Below are positions 10,270 to 20,900 of a stretch of DNA of 64,000 nucleotides, piece after piece (positions within the stretch are counted from its first letter, which is position 1; every line of letters begins with the position of its first letter). The notes below the pieces were generated by a model. That model was given only the letters and a program-made list of their open reading frames with translations, was not told the origin of the DNA and searched no databases. Location of the stretch: NCBI GenBank assembly GCA_963812745.1, contig CAWEWE010000004.1, positions 332,734 to 396,733 of the forward strand, read 5' to 3'. A program made the translations under genes and the position numbers. The DNA comes from an uncultured Chloroflexia bacterium (GTDB taxonomy: Bacteria > Chloroflexota > Limnocylindria > Limnocylindrales > CSP1-4).

Positions 10270-11868
10270 GTGTCCTCGAGCACGGACGAGAACCTGGGCA
10301 TCCCGCCGTCCCTGGACCCTGAGGCCGCCGTCGTCGAAGCGGACCAGGGTCGCTCCGCGAATATCAAGCAGATCCGCGGATCCAGCCTGCTCCTGCTCGG
10401 TCGGATGATCGGGCTGGGGCTCGACTTCGTCGCCCAGGTCCTGATCGTCCGCTACCTCGAGAAGACGGAGTACGGCGCGTTCGCGCTGGCGCTGTCGATC
10501 GTGGCGCTCGGGACCACCATCTGCCTCCTCGGCCTCGAGCGGACCGTCGGGCGGTTCGCGCCGATCTACCAGGAGCGCGGCGATCTGGGCCGCATGTGGG
10601 GCACGATCGTCGTGGTCGTCAGCACGGTGATCACGATCGGCCTGGCCCTCGTCCTCGCCGTGTATGCCTTCCAGGGATTGATCGGCGGGGCGGTCGACAA
10701 CGAGCTCGCGCTCTCGATCCTGCTGGTGATGATCGTGCTCTCACCGCTGCAGGCGCTCGACAGCTTGCTGATCGCGCTGTTCGCGACGTTCGGGTCGGCC
10801 CGCTCGATCTTCTTCCGGCGCTACGTCTTCGCCCCGGTGCTGCAGCTGAGCGTCGTGATCGTGCTCATCGCGACCGAGAGCGGCGTGCGCCTCCTCGCCC
10901 TCGGCTACGTCCTCGCCGCGGCCGCGGGCATCGCGTTCTACTTCGTCGTCCTGCTCCGCCTCCTCCAGCGCCAGGGGTTGCTGGCGCACCTGACGCGGGA
11001 CTCGCTCCGGCTGCCGGTCCGCGAGGTGTTCTCGTTCAGCATCCCGCTCCTCGCGTCCGACCTCGTGTTCGTCCTGCGCAGCTCGCTCACGGTCATCCTC
11101 CTGGAGGTCCTGCGGAACACGGAGGAGGTCGCCGAGTTCCGGGCGGTGCTGCCGATCGCGGTCCAGAACATGTTCGTGGCGACGAGCTTCCGCTTCATCT
11201 TCACGCCAGGCGCGTCGCGGCTCTACGCGCGCGGGGACCGGCGCGCGCTCAACGACCTGTACTGGCAGACGGCGACATGGATCGCGATCCTGTCGTTCCC
11301 GGTCTTCGCGCTCTGCGTGGCCTTCGCCGAGCCGGTCGTGGTCCTCCTGTTCGGCGAGCCGTATCGGAGTGCCGGCACGGTGCTGAGCATCCTGTGCATC
11401 GGCTACTACGTCAGCGGCAGCATCGGCTTCAACTCGCTGCTCCTGCGCGTGTTCGGGCGGGTCAAGTACATGGTCACCACGGACCTCACCACCGCGGCGA
11501 TCAGCATCGTGGCGACGGTGTTCCTGATCCGGGCATTCGGGGCGGTCGGCGCCGCGATCGCCACGACCGGCACGTTGATCATCCAGAACGTCCTCTACCA
11601 GTGGGGCATCCGGACCCGAACGACCGTCGAGGCGGTCGACCCGCGCTTCATCCGACCGTATGCGTCGATCTTCATCGGGGCGGCCCTCGCCGTCGCCGTC
11701 GAGCGGCTCCTCGATCCGCCGCTCATCGTCGGCGTGGTGGTGGTCGGGCTGATCTCGCTTGCCGTGCTCGGGATCAACCGCCACGCGCTGCGGGTCCTCG
11801 AGACGTACCCCGAGCTCGGGCGCTTCCCGCTCGTGCGTCGGATCTTCGGTGACCCGTCACCCACATGA
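10270..11868 (+). CDS. polysaccharide/oligosaccharide flippase (MOP/Wzx-like polysaccharide biosynthesis protein)
   Basis: Fourteen-TM-like hydrophobic profile typical of Wzx/MOP flippases. An in-frame GTG at 10270 follows GGAGGGA. The track ORF runs from 10159 with an Arg-rich N-terminal extension that is unlikely to be real. Confidence 0.65.
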   Translation: MSSSTDENLGIPPSLDPEAAVVEADQGRSANIKQIRGSSLLLLGRMIGLGLDFVAQVLIVRYLEKTEYGAFALALSIVALGTTICLLGLERTVGRFAPIYQERGDLGRMWGTIVVVVSTVITIGLALVLAVYAFQGLIGGAVDNELALSILLVMIVLSPLQALDSLLIALFATFGSARSIFFRRYVFAPVLQLSVVIVLIATESGVRLLALGYVLAAAAGIAFYFVVLLRLLQRQGLLAHLTRDSLRLPVREVFSFSIPLLASDLVFVLRSSLTVILLEVLRNTEEVAEFRAVLPIAVQNMFVATSFRFIFTPGASRLYARGDRRALNDLYWQTATWIAILSFPVFALCVAFAEPVVVLLFGEPYRSAGTVLSILCIGYYVSGSIGFNSLLLRVFGRVKYMVTTDLTTAAISIVATVFLIRAFGAVGAAIATTGTLIIQNVLYQWGIRTRTTVEAVDPRFIRPYASIFIGAALAVAVERLLDPPLIVGVVVVGLISLAVLGINRHALRVLETYPELGRFPLVRRIFGDPSPT

Positions 11869-13142
11869 GCACGGATCGGCCGACCACGCGCTCGCGCGTC
11901 CCGCCGGTCTTCGAGTCGCTCGCGTACCTGTATGGGCCCGCGGAGCCGTCGCATCTTGCGGTCATGGTCGAGGCGAGCGATCGCTGGGAGCTGCCGCGGC
12001 CGCCCGACGCGGGCGTCGACGTCGTGCTGTGGGGACGGCACGCCCGCAACATCCGACCGTCCGCGTCGGGCATCCCGTTCGCGGTCCGCCGCGAGGCGGC
12101 ACTGGCGCGGCTGCGCGGCCGGCCGCCCCGCGGGCTGCGCCTCGCCGAGCTCCACCGCCTGGTGCCGGTGTCGCGACCCGGTCGCCTGCGGCGACCGATC
12201 CGGAACGTGCTGCTCGGCGGCGCCCTGGCCGAGCTCGTTCGCGGCGATCGACCGACGCGCGTCATCGATGCCGTCGCCGTGGCTGCTGGCGCCCCATCGA
12301 TCAGTCGGGGGTTGCGGCCGAGTGGCGACGGATCGGCCCTCGCGCGCCTCGACCTCGACGCCCGGACCCAGGCCGAGTTGCGCGTGGCCAAGGTCGGCCA
12401 CACGAAGGACCCGGCGCGCGGCCGCGCGGCCCTGCTCGCCCTGGCGGCCGCCGACGTCCCGCTCGTCCCCCGACCGCTGGGCGGCGGCATCACGGCCGGC
12501 GCGGCATGGGCGACCGAGTCGGTCATGGTGGGTCAGCATGTCGACACGCTGACGCCGGCCCTGCTCGACCAGATCACCCGGTTCCTTGCCGCGTTGCCCG
12601 CAGGTCCCGTCGACCGACGCGCGGTCGACGATCAGCTGGCCGAGGTCGCCGAGGTCTTCCCCGAGCATGCGGCGGCCTTCGAGCGGGCCGCGGCTTCGGC
12701 CGCCAGGTGGGGAGCGTCCCTGCCGGCGGTCCTCGTGCATGGCGACATGTGGCTCAACAACGTGTTCATCACCGACGGGCAGCTGAGCGGCGTGTTCGAC
12801 TGGGATACCTGGCACCCGGCCGGCCTGCCCGGCACCGACCTGTTGAACCTGCTGGCGGCGGATGCCCGGACGCATCAGCGCCGCGACATCGGTGAATTGC
12901 TCGCCGCCGACTACTGGCGCTCACCCGACGTCGTCGATGCGCTTCGCGCGTACGCGCGTGCGCGCGATCTGCCTGCCCCCGATGACGCCGGTCTGGCGGC
13001 CATCGCGATCGGCTGGTGGGCGAGCCGTGTCGCCGGCTCGCTCCATCGAGCCCACCGCTCGATCGACGATCCGGCCTGGGTCCGGCGCAACGTCGACCTC
13101 GCCCTCGATCGCATCGAGCGGCTCGAGCGGGAGCTCGGCTAG
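11865..13142 (+). CDS. phosphotransferase-family (APH/CotS-like) kinase
   Basis: Brenner catalytic motif HGDMWLNNVF and Mg-binding motif FDWDTW. The start overlaps the flippase stop (ATGA), implying translational coupling. Confidence 0.7.
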   Translation: MSTDRPTTRSRVPPVFESLAYLYGPAEPSHLAVMVEASDRWELPRPPDAGVDVVLWGRHARNIRPSASGIPFAVRREAALARLRGRPPRGLRLAELHRLVPVSRPGRLRRPIRNVLLGGALAELVRGDRPTRVIDAVAVAAGAPSISRGLRPSGDGSALARLDLDARTQAELRVAKVGHTKDPARGRAALLALAAADVPLVPRPLGGGITAGAAWATESVMVGQHVDTLTPALLDQITRFLAALPAGPVDRRAVDDQLAEVAEVFPEHAAAFERAAASAARWGASLPAVLVHGDMWLNNVFITDGQLSGVFDWDTWHPAGLPGTDLLNLLAADARTHQRRDIGELLAADYWRSPDVVDALRAYARARDLPAPDDAGLAAIAIGWWASRVAGSLHRAHRSIDDPAWVRRNVDLALDRIERLERELG

Positions 13143-13291
13143 GCACTCGGGGTAGGCCCATTGCCGGCGTGCGCCGGAAAACGTCCTGAGGGGATTGAAC
13201 ACGCCTGCCGACAGGCCTACTATCGGCGTCCGCACCATCCGCGAATCCCGGGGGAGGAGCCAGGCCGAGACCGGCCGGAAGGGGGTTCGTC

Positions 13292-16200
13292 ATGCGCGAC
13301 CGTCGGAAGTCGTTCCTTGCCACCCTGTCGACGATCTTCCTGATCAGTGCACTGCTCGTGCCGGTCGGGGCGGGCGCCGCAGGACCCAAGCCGGCGACCG
13401 CGCCGGACACCGGAAAGGTCGACCTGTACGAGGCGACCGTCAGCACCGCCCTCGTGCAGCAGATCATCGAGGCGGGCTTTGACGTCGTCGACGTCCAGCT
13501 CCTCGCGAATGAGCGCGCGAGGATCACACTGGCCCTCAAGCCCAACGAGCGGATGGCCGTCCGCAAGATGGGGGTCACGCTCGAGTCGTGGCGCAATAAC
13601 GACGGACTGACGGCGACCCAGCTCGCGACGCAGCAGACCAGCGCCGGGTTCAAGGTCTGGCGTGACAACGACGGGCCAGACGGATTGGATGCCTACGCGC
13701 ACGCCATCGCGGCCGCCAATCCGGACCTGCTCAAGCTCGAGGTCATCGGGGAGACCCACGGCACCAACCCCAACGGGATCCCCGGGTCCACCGACGACAC
13801 GCCGCGCGACATCATCGCGTTGCAGCTCACGGTCGGCGCTGATGGGCTCGCCGGTGGTCAGAAGCCGGCCGTCCTCTACAACTCGTTGCAGCACGCCCGG
13901 GAGTGGATCGGCGGTGAAGTCAACCGCCGGCTCCTGGAGTGGTACATCAAGCGCTATCGCGAAGGCGATCCCAAGATCATCAGCCTGCTGCAGACGACCG
14001 AATTGTGGTTCGTCCTCGTGTCGAACCCCGATGGGTATCAGTACACATTCTCTGAAGGCAATCGACTCTGGAGGAAGAACCTTCGGGACAACGACGGGAA
14101 CGGGATCATCAACGGCCTCGACGGCGTCGATCCCAACCGCAACTACCCGGAGCACTGGGGCTGGGATGACGACGGCTCATCGCCGCTGATCTCGAGCGAG
14201 ACCTACCGCGGCCCGTCGGCCGCCTCCGAGCCCGAGACGCAGGCGATCATCGGCCTCTACGACCAGGTGGATTTCGTCTTCCACGTCAACTGGCACTCGG
14301 TCGGGCAATGGCTGCTCTACGGTCTCGGCTCGATCATGGACACGCCCACGGCCGACGATCCGATCTTCGTCGCGCTGTCGGGCACCGACAAGCAGCCCGC
14401 GATCCCGGGGTTCAACCCCGGGCTCAGCAGCTCCGAGCTGTACGTTACGAACGGCGACACGAACGACTTCGCGTATGCGCAACGCGGCGCCCTCGGGTGG
14501 GTCCCGGAGCTGAGCGAGGGTCCGAACGGCGACAGCTTCATCTTCCCGGACAAGGAAGGCCAGATCCAGGCGGAGTTCAACCGGGTCCTCCCCTTCGCCC
14601 GGAGCGTCGCGTTGTCGGCCCTTGATCCAGACGATCCGATCTCGTCGACCGGGGTCAAGGTCGCGCCGTTCTACCTCGACGTCTCCAAGATCGACCCGCA
14701 GAAGGCGTCGAACCCGTTCAGCGACCTCACCTTCAAGTACGCCTATGGCGATCCGCAGCCGGTCCAGATCCTGGCCAAGCGGGATCTGAACGGTGACGGG
14801 ACGTCGAACGACGCTGTCACGCTCCGCTACTCGATCAATGGCGGCGCAGCGCAGTCGACGACGACATCGGAATGGCAGGGCGGTGACCGATACGGAAAGG
14901 CCGGTGACGAGTACTTCCAATTCATGCGCGGCAATGTCACCGGCATCAACCCGGGCGACTCGGTCCGCGCCTGGTTCACCGGAGGCGGCCAGACCAGCGA
15001 CTCGTTCACCTTCCAGGTGGTCGAGGACAGTCCGGCCCAGGTCCTCATCCTGGCAGCTGAGGACTACAGCGGGGCGACGAACGACCCTCCCTACCCGTCT
15101 GCCAGCGGGCCGTTCCTGCTGAGCTACTACACCGATGCGCTCGACGCGAACGGGATCACCTATGACGTGTACGACGTGGATGCCAGGGGCAGGACCGCGC
15201 CCAGTCAGATCGGTGTCCTGGGCCACTACGACGCGGTCATCTGGTATACGGGCAACGACTTCCTGACGAGGGAGGCTGCGCAGGTGCCCGGCACCGGCTT
15301 CGCGACCCTGGGCTTCCGCGAGATGCTCGAGGTCCGGGCGTACCTCAATGAGGGCGGCAACCTGCTCTACACGGGTCAGCATGCGGGCGTCCAGTTCGCG
15401 CAGGCATTCCCCTTCAACCCGGTGAGCACACCGCCTTACTGCGACGGGACCGTACCTACCAAGACCGCCGTCGAGTGCCGCATCGCCGACGACGACTTCC
15501 TCCAGTACTGGTTGGGGTCCTACATCTACGAGGACAACGCCGGCCTGGCCGGCCCGAGCGACCCGTTCGATGTGCTCGGTGTGTCGACCCCGTTCTCAGG
15601 CACGTCCTGGGTGATGGAGGGCGGCAGCAGCGCGAACAACCAGGTGAGTGCCGAGGCATTCATCACGACCAGCAGCCTGCTCGATGTCGCGGACTATCCG
15701 CAGTTCACGAGTAGCGCCCCTGCAGAGTGGGTCACCGGAGTCGCTGGTTCGTTCGAGCCACATACCGGGACCCAGTACCTGTACTCCGACCGCGCCGACA
15801 TCAGCTACAAGCGGATCAGGCGCGATGTCACGGTTCCTGCGGGCGGCGGAACGATGTCGTTCTTCACGTCCTATGACACGGAGCCCAATTGGGACTTCGT
15901 GTTCGTCGAGGTCCACGACGTCGACGCTGACACGTGGCAGACCATGCCGGATGCCAACGGCCATACGAACTCCAGCACCGGCGACAGCTGCCCGGAGGGC
16001 TGGCACGAGCTGCACCCGTGGCTGGTCCAGTACCAGGGTGCTGACTGCGCCGGGGCGCGCTGGAACGCGCACTCTGGCCGGTCGGCCGGTTGGGAAGAGT
16101 GGGAGATCGACCTCGCCGCATTCGCGGGCCACGATGTCGAGATCTACTTCTCGTACGCGAGCGACTGGGCGTTCCAGGGCCTGGGCGCGTGGTTCGACGA

Positions 16201-16484
16201 CGTGACCTTCAGCTTCGAGGGCACGACCGAGAGCTTCGAGGCCGGGACCGGGGCATGGGTCGTTCCTGCCGGCGTACCTGCCGGGCAGCTCACCGAATCC
16301 CAACGATTGGTACCGGACCACGGACGTCGGATTCTCGGAAGGCGCGGTCGTCGGCATGACGCCGACCGATGCCAACTTCCGGACGCTCCACTTCGGGTTC
16401 GGCTTCGAAGGGATCAGCACATCGGCGGAGCGGAACGAGGTGATGTGCCGCGCGATGAACCACCTGGGCATCACCTGCTCATAG
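13292..16484 (+). CDS. secreted zinc carboxypeptidase, peptidase M14 family, with large C-terminal extension; apparent frameshift near 16275-16295
   Basis: Signal peptide MRDRRKSFLATLSTIFLISALLVPVGAGAA. M14 signatures are LQHAREWIGGE (HxxE zinc ligands) and LVSNPDGY. The C-terminal ~70 aa (...PNDWYRTTDVGFSEGAVVGMTPTDANF...HLGITCS*) are in a different frame that ends at TAG 16482-16484. The track ORF continues to 16552 in an Arg-rich frame. Confidence 0.7.
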
Positions 16485-16503
16485 CGTCAGGCGAGCATCT
16501 CGA

Positions 16504-16527
16504 GGGGCCGGCCGCGAGGCCGGCCCT
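16504..16527. terminator. GC-rich hairpin GGGGCCGGCC-gcga-GGCCGGCCC between convergent genes
   Basis: Seen in the sequence between the M14 peptidase (+) and ppk2 (-). It has a GNRA loop and no U-tract. Confidence 0.4.
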
Positions 16528-16544
16528 TCCATGTCCGGCGAGCG

Positions 16545-17366
16545 TCAGGTGATGACGAGATCAGCCGGCACGTCGGCAGCGACGGCCGGATAAGCCGGCT
16601 TCAGGTCGGCGATCGTGTCGGCCAGGATCCGGGCGACGGCGAGGTTGCGGAACCACTTGCGGTTGGCCGGGATCACATACCACGGCGCGACATCGGTCGA
16701 GCACTTCGAGAGCGCCTCGTCGAACGCGGCCTGGTAGTCGTCCCAGCGGGCACGCTCCTGCAGGTCGCCCATGGAGAACTTCCAGCGCTTGGTCGGGTCG
16801 TCATAGCGCGCCTGGAAGCGCTCGCGCTGCTCCTCCCGATCGATGGACAGGAAGAACTTGACGATGGTCGTCCCGTTGGCGGCAAGGTGTCGCTCGAATG
16901 CATTGATCTGGTCGTAGCGCTTCGACCAGACGGCCTTCGGGACGAGCTCGTGGACGCGCACCACGAGGACGTCCTCGTAATGGGATCGGTTGAAGATGCC
17001 GATCTCGCCCTTTCGCGGCATCGCCTTGTGGACGCGCCACAGGTAGTCGTGCGATAGCTCCTCGCTGCTCGGGACCTTGAACGACGTCACCGGGCTGCCC
17101 TGCGGGTTGAAGGCCGTCATGACCTTCTTGATCGTCCCGTCCTTGCCGGCGGCGTCGATGCCCTGCAGGACGACCAGCACCGAGCGCTTGGCTTCGGCCC
17201 AGAACCGGTCCTGCAGCTCGGCCAGGCGGTCGAGCTGGCGGGCCGTCTCCCCCTCGGCGCTCGCCTTGTCCCAGCCGAACGTCGCCCCGTGGTCGCGCCT
17301 CGCCAGCCGGACCCGGGTGTCTGGCCGGACCCGCAGCTCGCGGCGCAAGTCGGGGCGAGTGGCCAT
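16545..17366 (-). CDS. ppk2: polyphosphate kinase 2 (PPK2 family polyphosphate:nucleotide phosphotransferase)
   Basis: PPK2 Walker-A-like motif LQGIDAAGKDGTIKKV, plus ...NRSHYEDVLVVRVHE. The likely start is MATRPDLRREL (17366); the track ORF begins at 17426. Confidence 0.8.
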   Translation of the reverse strand: MATRPDLRRELRVRPDTRVRLARRDHGATFGWDKASAEGETARQLDRLAELQDRFWAEAKRSVLVVLQGIDAAGKDGTIKKVMTAFNPQGSPVTSFKVPSSEELSHDYLWRVHKAMPRKGEIGIFNRSHYEDVLVVRVHELVPKAVWSKRYDQINAFERHLAANGTTIVKFFLSIDREEQRERFQARYDDPTKRWKFSMGDLQERARWDDYQAAFDEALSKCSTDVAPWYVIPANRKWFRNLAVARILADTIADLKPAYPAVAADVPADLVIT

Positions 17367-17450
17367 GGCGCACCTCCATGAACGGGTCGGTCGGTCGACC
17401 GGTCGTATCATGCGACCGTACCGCATCGCCTCGCGCAGGAGCGCTCACCG

Positions 17451-18896
17451 ATGACCGTCGTGACGGGCACCAAACCGCATCCGATCTTCCTCGCCGGCCG
17501 CTGGGTCGATTCGCCCGACCGCCTGGAGGTGTCGAACCCGGCCGACCCGGCCAACCCGGCAGGGGCGACCTACAACGCCACCCCCGAGCAGTACGAGGAG
17601 GCCGTCAACGCGGCCGTCGACGCGTTCGAGGTCACCCGGAAGCTGCCCGCCTACGAGCGGGGACGGATCCTGCGTGAGATCTCGAATGGCATCAAGGCGC
17701 GCCGCGAGGAGCTCGGCCGGCTCATCGCGCTCGAGGCCGGCAAGCCCATCCGCGACGCCCTGGTCGAGGTCGACCGCGCGACGCTGACCTTCCGTCTCGG
17801 CGCCGAGGAGGCAGAGCGGATGACGGGCGAGCTCATCCCGCTCGACCTGATGCCCGCCTCGAAGGACCGCGTCGGCATCACGCGCCGCTTCCCGATCGGC
17901 CCGATCGCCGCGATCTCGCCGTTCAACTTCCCGCTCAACCTCGCCGCGCACAAGCTGTCGCCGGCGATCGCGAGCGGCAACCCGATCGTGCTCAAGCCAC
18001 CGTCGAAGGACCCGCTCACGATGCTGACCGTGGCCGAGATCGTCGAGGCCGCCGGCGTGCCGGCCGGTGCCGTGAGCATCCTGCCGATGACCCGCGAGCT
18101 CGGCGATCGCATGGTCGCCGACGAGCGGTTCAAGCTGCTGACCTTCACCGGGTCGCCGTCGGTCGGCTGGCGGATGAAGGAGCGCGCGGGCAAGAAGAAG
18201 GTCGTGCTCGAGCTCGGTGGCAACGCCGGCGTGATCGTGGACAAGTCGGCCGACATCGATTGGGCCGTGAAGCGGATCCTCGTCGGCGCGTACGCGTACG
18301 CGGGCCAGGTGTGTATCAGTGTCCAGCGGATGTTCGTGGACGAGTCGATCTGGGACTCGTTCATGGAGCGCTTCCTGGCCGGGGTCGGCGCGCTCAAGGT
18401 GGGCGACCCGCTCGACCCCACCACCGATGTGGGCCCGATGGTCGACGAGCACCAGGCCAGCCGCACCCAGCAATGGGTCGACGAGGCGGTGGCGATGGGT
18501 GGCAAGGTCCTCGCCGGTGGCAAGGCGCAGGGCACCTTCTTCCCGCCGACCGTCCTGACCGACGTCCCGGTCGCCGCCCAGGTGTGCAGCAACGAGGCAT
18601 TCGCGCCACTCGTGGTGGCGTTCCCATCCACGGACATGGGTGACGCGATCAGCCGCGTCAACGACTCGATGTTCGGGCTGCAGACCGGCGTGTTCACCAA
18701 CGACCTGGCCGGCGCGTGGCAGTCGTTCAACGAGCTCGAGGTGGGCGGCGTCATCATCAATGACATCCCGACCTACCGGATCGACCACATGCCGTACGGC
18801 GGGGTGAAGGACTCCGGGCAAGGCCGCGAGGGCCTGCGCTGGGCCATCGAGGACATGACCGAGATCCGCATCATGGTCCTCGCCCAGCCGTCCTGA
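17451..18896 (+). CDS. NAD(P)-dependent aldehyde dehydrogenase family protein
   Basis: ALDH motifs ELGGNAGVIV (a Glu-active-site-region variant) and the catalytic Cys in GQVCISVQRMFV. RBS AGGAG upstream. 481 aa. Confidence 0.85.
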   Translation: MTVVTGTKPHPIFLAGRWVDSPDRLEVSNPADPANPAGATYNATPEQYEEAVNAAVDAFEVTRKLPAYERGRILREISNGIKARREELGRLIALEAGKPIRDALVEVDRATLTFRLGAEEAERMTGELIPLDLMPASKDRVGITRRFPIGPIAAISPFNFPLNLAAHKLSPAIASGNPIVLKPPSKDPLTMLTVAEIVEAAGVPAGAVSILPMTRELGDRMVADERFKLLTFTGSPSVGWRMKERAGKKKVVLELGGNAGVIVDKSADIDWAVKRILVGAYAYAGQVCISVQRMFVDESIWDSFMERFLAGVGALKVGDPLDPTTDVGPMVDEHQASRTQQWVDEAVAMGGKVLAGGKAQGTFFPPTVLTDVPVAAQVCSNEAFAPLVVAFPSTDMGDAISRVNDSMFGLQTGVFTNDLAGAWQSFNELEVGGVIINDIPTYRIDHMPYGGVKDSGQGREGLRWAIEDMTEIRIMVLAQPS

Positions 18897-18924
18897 CGCA
18901 GCCCGGAACCTCGCCGTCGATCGG

Positions 18925-19614
18925 TTAGGACTCCGCCCGCGCGAGCCCGTTGCGGATCGCGTACCGCGTCAGCGCGTTCATGCCGCGGATGCCGAGCTTC
19001 GTCGACACGTTGGCCAGATGGCGGCGGACGGTGTGCACGCTGATGTCGAGCGACTGGGCGATCTGGGCGGCCGACTGGCCGGACGCCAGCAGGCTCAGGA
19101 CCTCGCGCTCCCGCGCGCTCATCGTGCCGGCCTCGAACCAGCGGATCGAGTCCTCGACGACGGCGTTGGTCACGCTGCTGTGGAGGTAGCGATCACCCCG
19201 CGCCACGGCCCGGATGGCCTCGACAAGCTCGCGCGACTGGGCACCTTTGATCATGTACCCGGCGGCTCCCGCGGCGAGTGCCTGGCGGACCGTCTCCGGG
19301 TCGCTGTGCATCGTCAGGACCACCACCCGGAGATCGGGCTGGCGGGCGCGCAGCGCACGGAGGAGCGGCATGGCATCGCCCTCGGGGAAGGTCAGGTCGA
19401 GGACCAGCACGTGCGGCCGCTGCGTCACGACGAGGTCGAGCGCCGACGCATGGTCGGCGGCCTCGCCGACGATCTCGAAACCCTTCTCGCCCTGGAGCAC
19501 CATCCGCAGGCCCTCTCGGATGAGGTGGTGGTCGTCGACGAGCGCCACGCGGATCACCCCGGGCAGGGCCGCACGCGACGAGACGCGATGCGCGAGGTCC
19601 GGCGTGGGCTCCAT
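18925..19614 (-). CDS. two-component response regulator, NarL/FixJ (LuxR-type HTH) family
   Basis: Receiver domain (VALVDDHHLIREGL...LVLDLTFPEGD) plus a C-terminal LuxR HTH (REREVLSLLASGQSAAQIAQSLDISVHTVRRHL). Confidence 0.85.
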   Translation of the reverse strand: MEPTPDLAHRVSSRAALPGVIRVALVDDHHLIREGLRMVLQGEKGFEIVGEAADHASALDLVVTQRPHVLVLDLTFPEGDAMPLLRALRARQPDLRVVVLTMHSDPETVRQALAAGAAGYMIKGAQSRELVEAIRAVARGDRYLHSSVTNAVVEDSIRWFEAGTMSAREREVLSLLASGQSAAQIAQSLDISVHTVRRHLANVSTKLGIRGMNALTRYAIRNGLARAES

Positions 19615-19650
19615 CAGCGGGACAGCTGGACCGGCGGCCCGATCTGCGGC

Positions 19651-20724
19651 TCAGGACGGACTGCCGGCGGCCGCGGCACTGGGCACGACGATCTCGACGC
19701 GCGTCCCGGAACCACGCTGCGTGCGGACCTCGACCGTGACTCCGTGGATGCTGGCGCGCTCGTACATGCCGTCCAGGCCGAGCCCACGATCGCGAGCGGA
19801 GGCGTCGAACCCGATTCCGTCGTCACCGACGACCAGCCGCACGGTGTCGTCGACGAGGTGCCCGCCGATCCAGATCCGCCGCGCCCGGCTGTGCCGTGAC
19901 GCGTTGCCGAGCGCCTCCTGGACGATCCGGTAGAGATCGATCTCCATCTCGGGCTCGAGGAAGCCGGGTGGCAGGAGGGCTGGGTCGAAGCGCAATTCGA
20001 CGGGGACGCCGGCCGACCGGGCGAGGTTGTTGAGCGCGGCACCGAGGCCGATCTCGTGCACCCGCGTGGGCCGCAGCTTGGCCGCGACCTGGCGGGTCTC
20101 GGCGAGTGCCGCGGCCGCGAGCTCGCGCGCGCGCAGGACCCCCGTCTGATGCGTCGCCTGTCCGGTCCGACGGTCGGCATCCTTGACGTCGGTGACCTGA
20201 AGTTCGTGGTCGGCCGCATCGAGCGTGAGGATCACCGCGGTCAGCGTCTGGCCGACGCCGTCATGGAGCTCCCGGGCGAGGCTCGCGCGCTCCTCCTCGT
20301 GGGCGGTCACGAGCCGCTCGCTCGCCTTGCGGTACAGCGCCGCATAGTGGCGAGCCGAGGTGGAGACGCGGTCCGCAAGGACGGCGACGATCACCGCGAT
20401 CGCGACCATGAGCGGCCATTCGGTGAACTCGAGCTGCTCTTCTGTGGGCGGCACGCCGACCGCGTCCGACACCGCGAGGTAGGCGACCATCACGATGGTC
20501 GCGACGAGGATGCGCCACAGCGCGGCAGCCAGGCCGTAGATGAAGGCGCCGATGGCGACGGTGAGCCACAGGCCCTGCAGCAGGATCTCCGGATCGGCCA
20601 GGCGCAGGAACAGCGCGACCGCGAAGACACCGCAGGCCAGGTCCACGACGCGGCGGAGCAGGACGGGATCCAGTGTCGCCAGACGTGATGAACGATGGTC
20701 CCTGAACGGACCGTCGATGGTCAT
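19651..20724 (-). CDS. sensor histidine kinase, HisKA_3/NarX-like
   Basis: TM segments followed by the H-box EERASLARELHDGVGQTL and an HATPase_c region. I place the start at MTIDGPF (ATG 20722-20724); the track ORF extends to 20913. Confidence 0.75.
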   Translation of the reverse strand: MTIDGPFRDHRSSRLATLDPVLLRRVVDLACGVFAVALFLRLADPEILLQGLWLTVAIGAFIYGLAAALWRILVATIVMVAYLAVSDAVGVPPTEEQLEFTEWPLMVAIAVIVAVLADRVSTSARHYAALYRKASERLVTAHEEERASLARELHDGVGQTLTAVILTLDAADHELQVTDVKDADRRTGQATHQTGVLRARELAAAALAETRQVAAKLRPTRVHEIGLGAALNNLARSAGVPVELRFDPALLPPGFLEPEMEIDLYRIVQEALGNASRHSRARRIWIGGHLVDDTVRLVVGDDGIGFDASARDRGLGLDGMYERASIHGVTVEVRTQRGSGTRVEIVVPSAAAAGSPS

Positions 20725-20791
20725 CCGTGAGCCCCCATTTGATGGATGTTGAGTATAGGCAGGGGCAGTCGAGGGAACAATGATGTGGTGG

Positions 20792-20809
20792 CCGAATCGG
20801 GGGATTCGG
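20792..20809. promoter_or_regulatory. perfect inverted repeat CCGAATC-gggg-GATTCGG in the divergent HK / RND intergenic region
   Basis: Seen in the sequence about 90 nt upstream of the RND1 start and about 70 nt upstream of the HK start. It is a candidate operator for the adjacent NarL-type regulator. Confidence 0.3.
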
Positions 20810-20900
20810 TCGGGATCGTGGTGGGTCCTGTCAACACCAGCGTCGCTGAGGGGCGGCGTCTGCGGCTGTTTTCCCGACGGGAGTGGTGGGGGATGACGAC

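Noticed and set aside
10596-11852. Overlapping 418-aa (+) and 347-aa (-) ORFs inside the flippase gene
   Set aside because: They are alternative-frame shadows with Arg/Pro/Gly- or Asp/Glu/Arg-rich composition. The flippase frame is strongly hydrophobic and contiguous.
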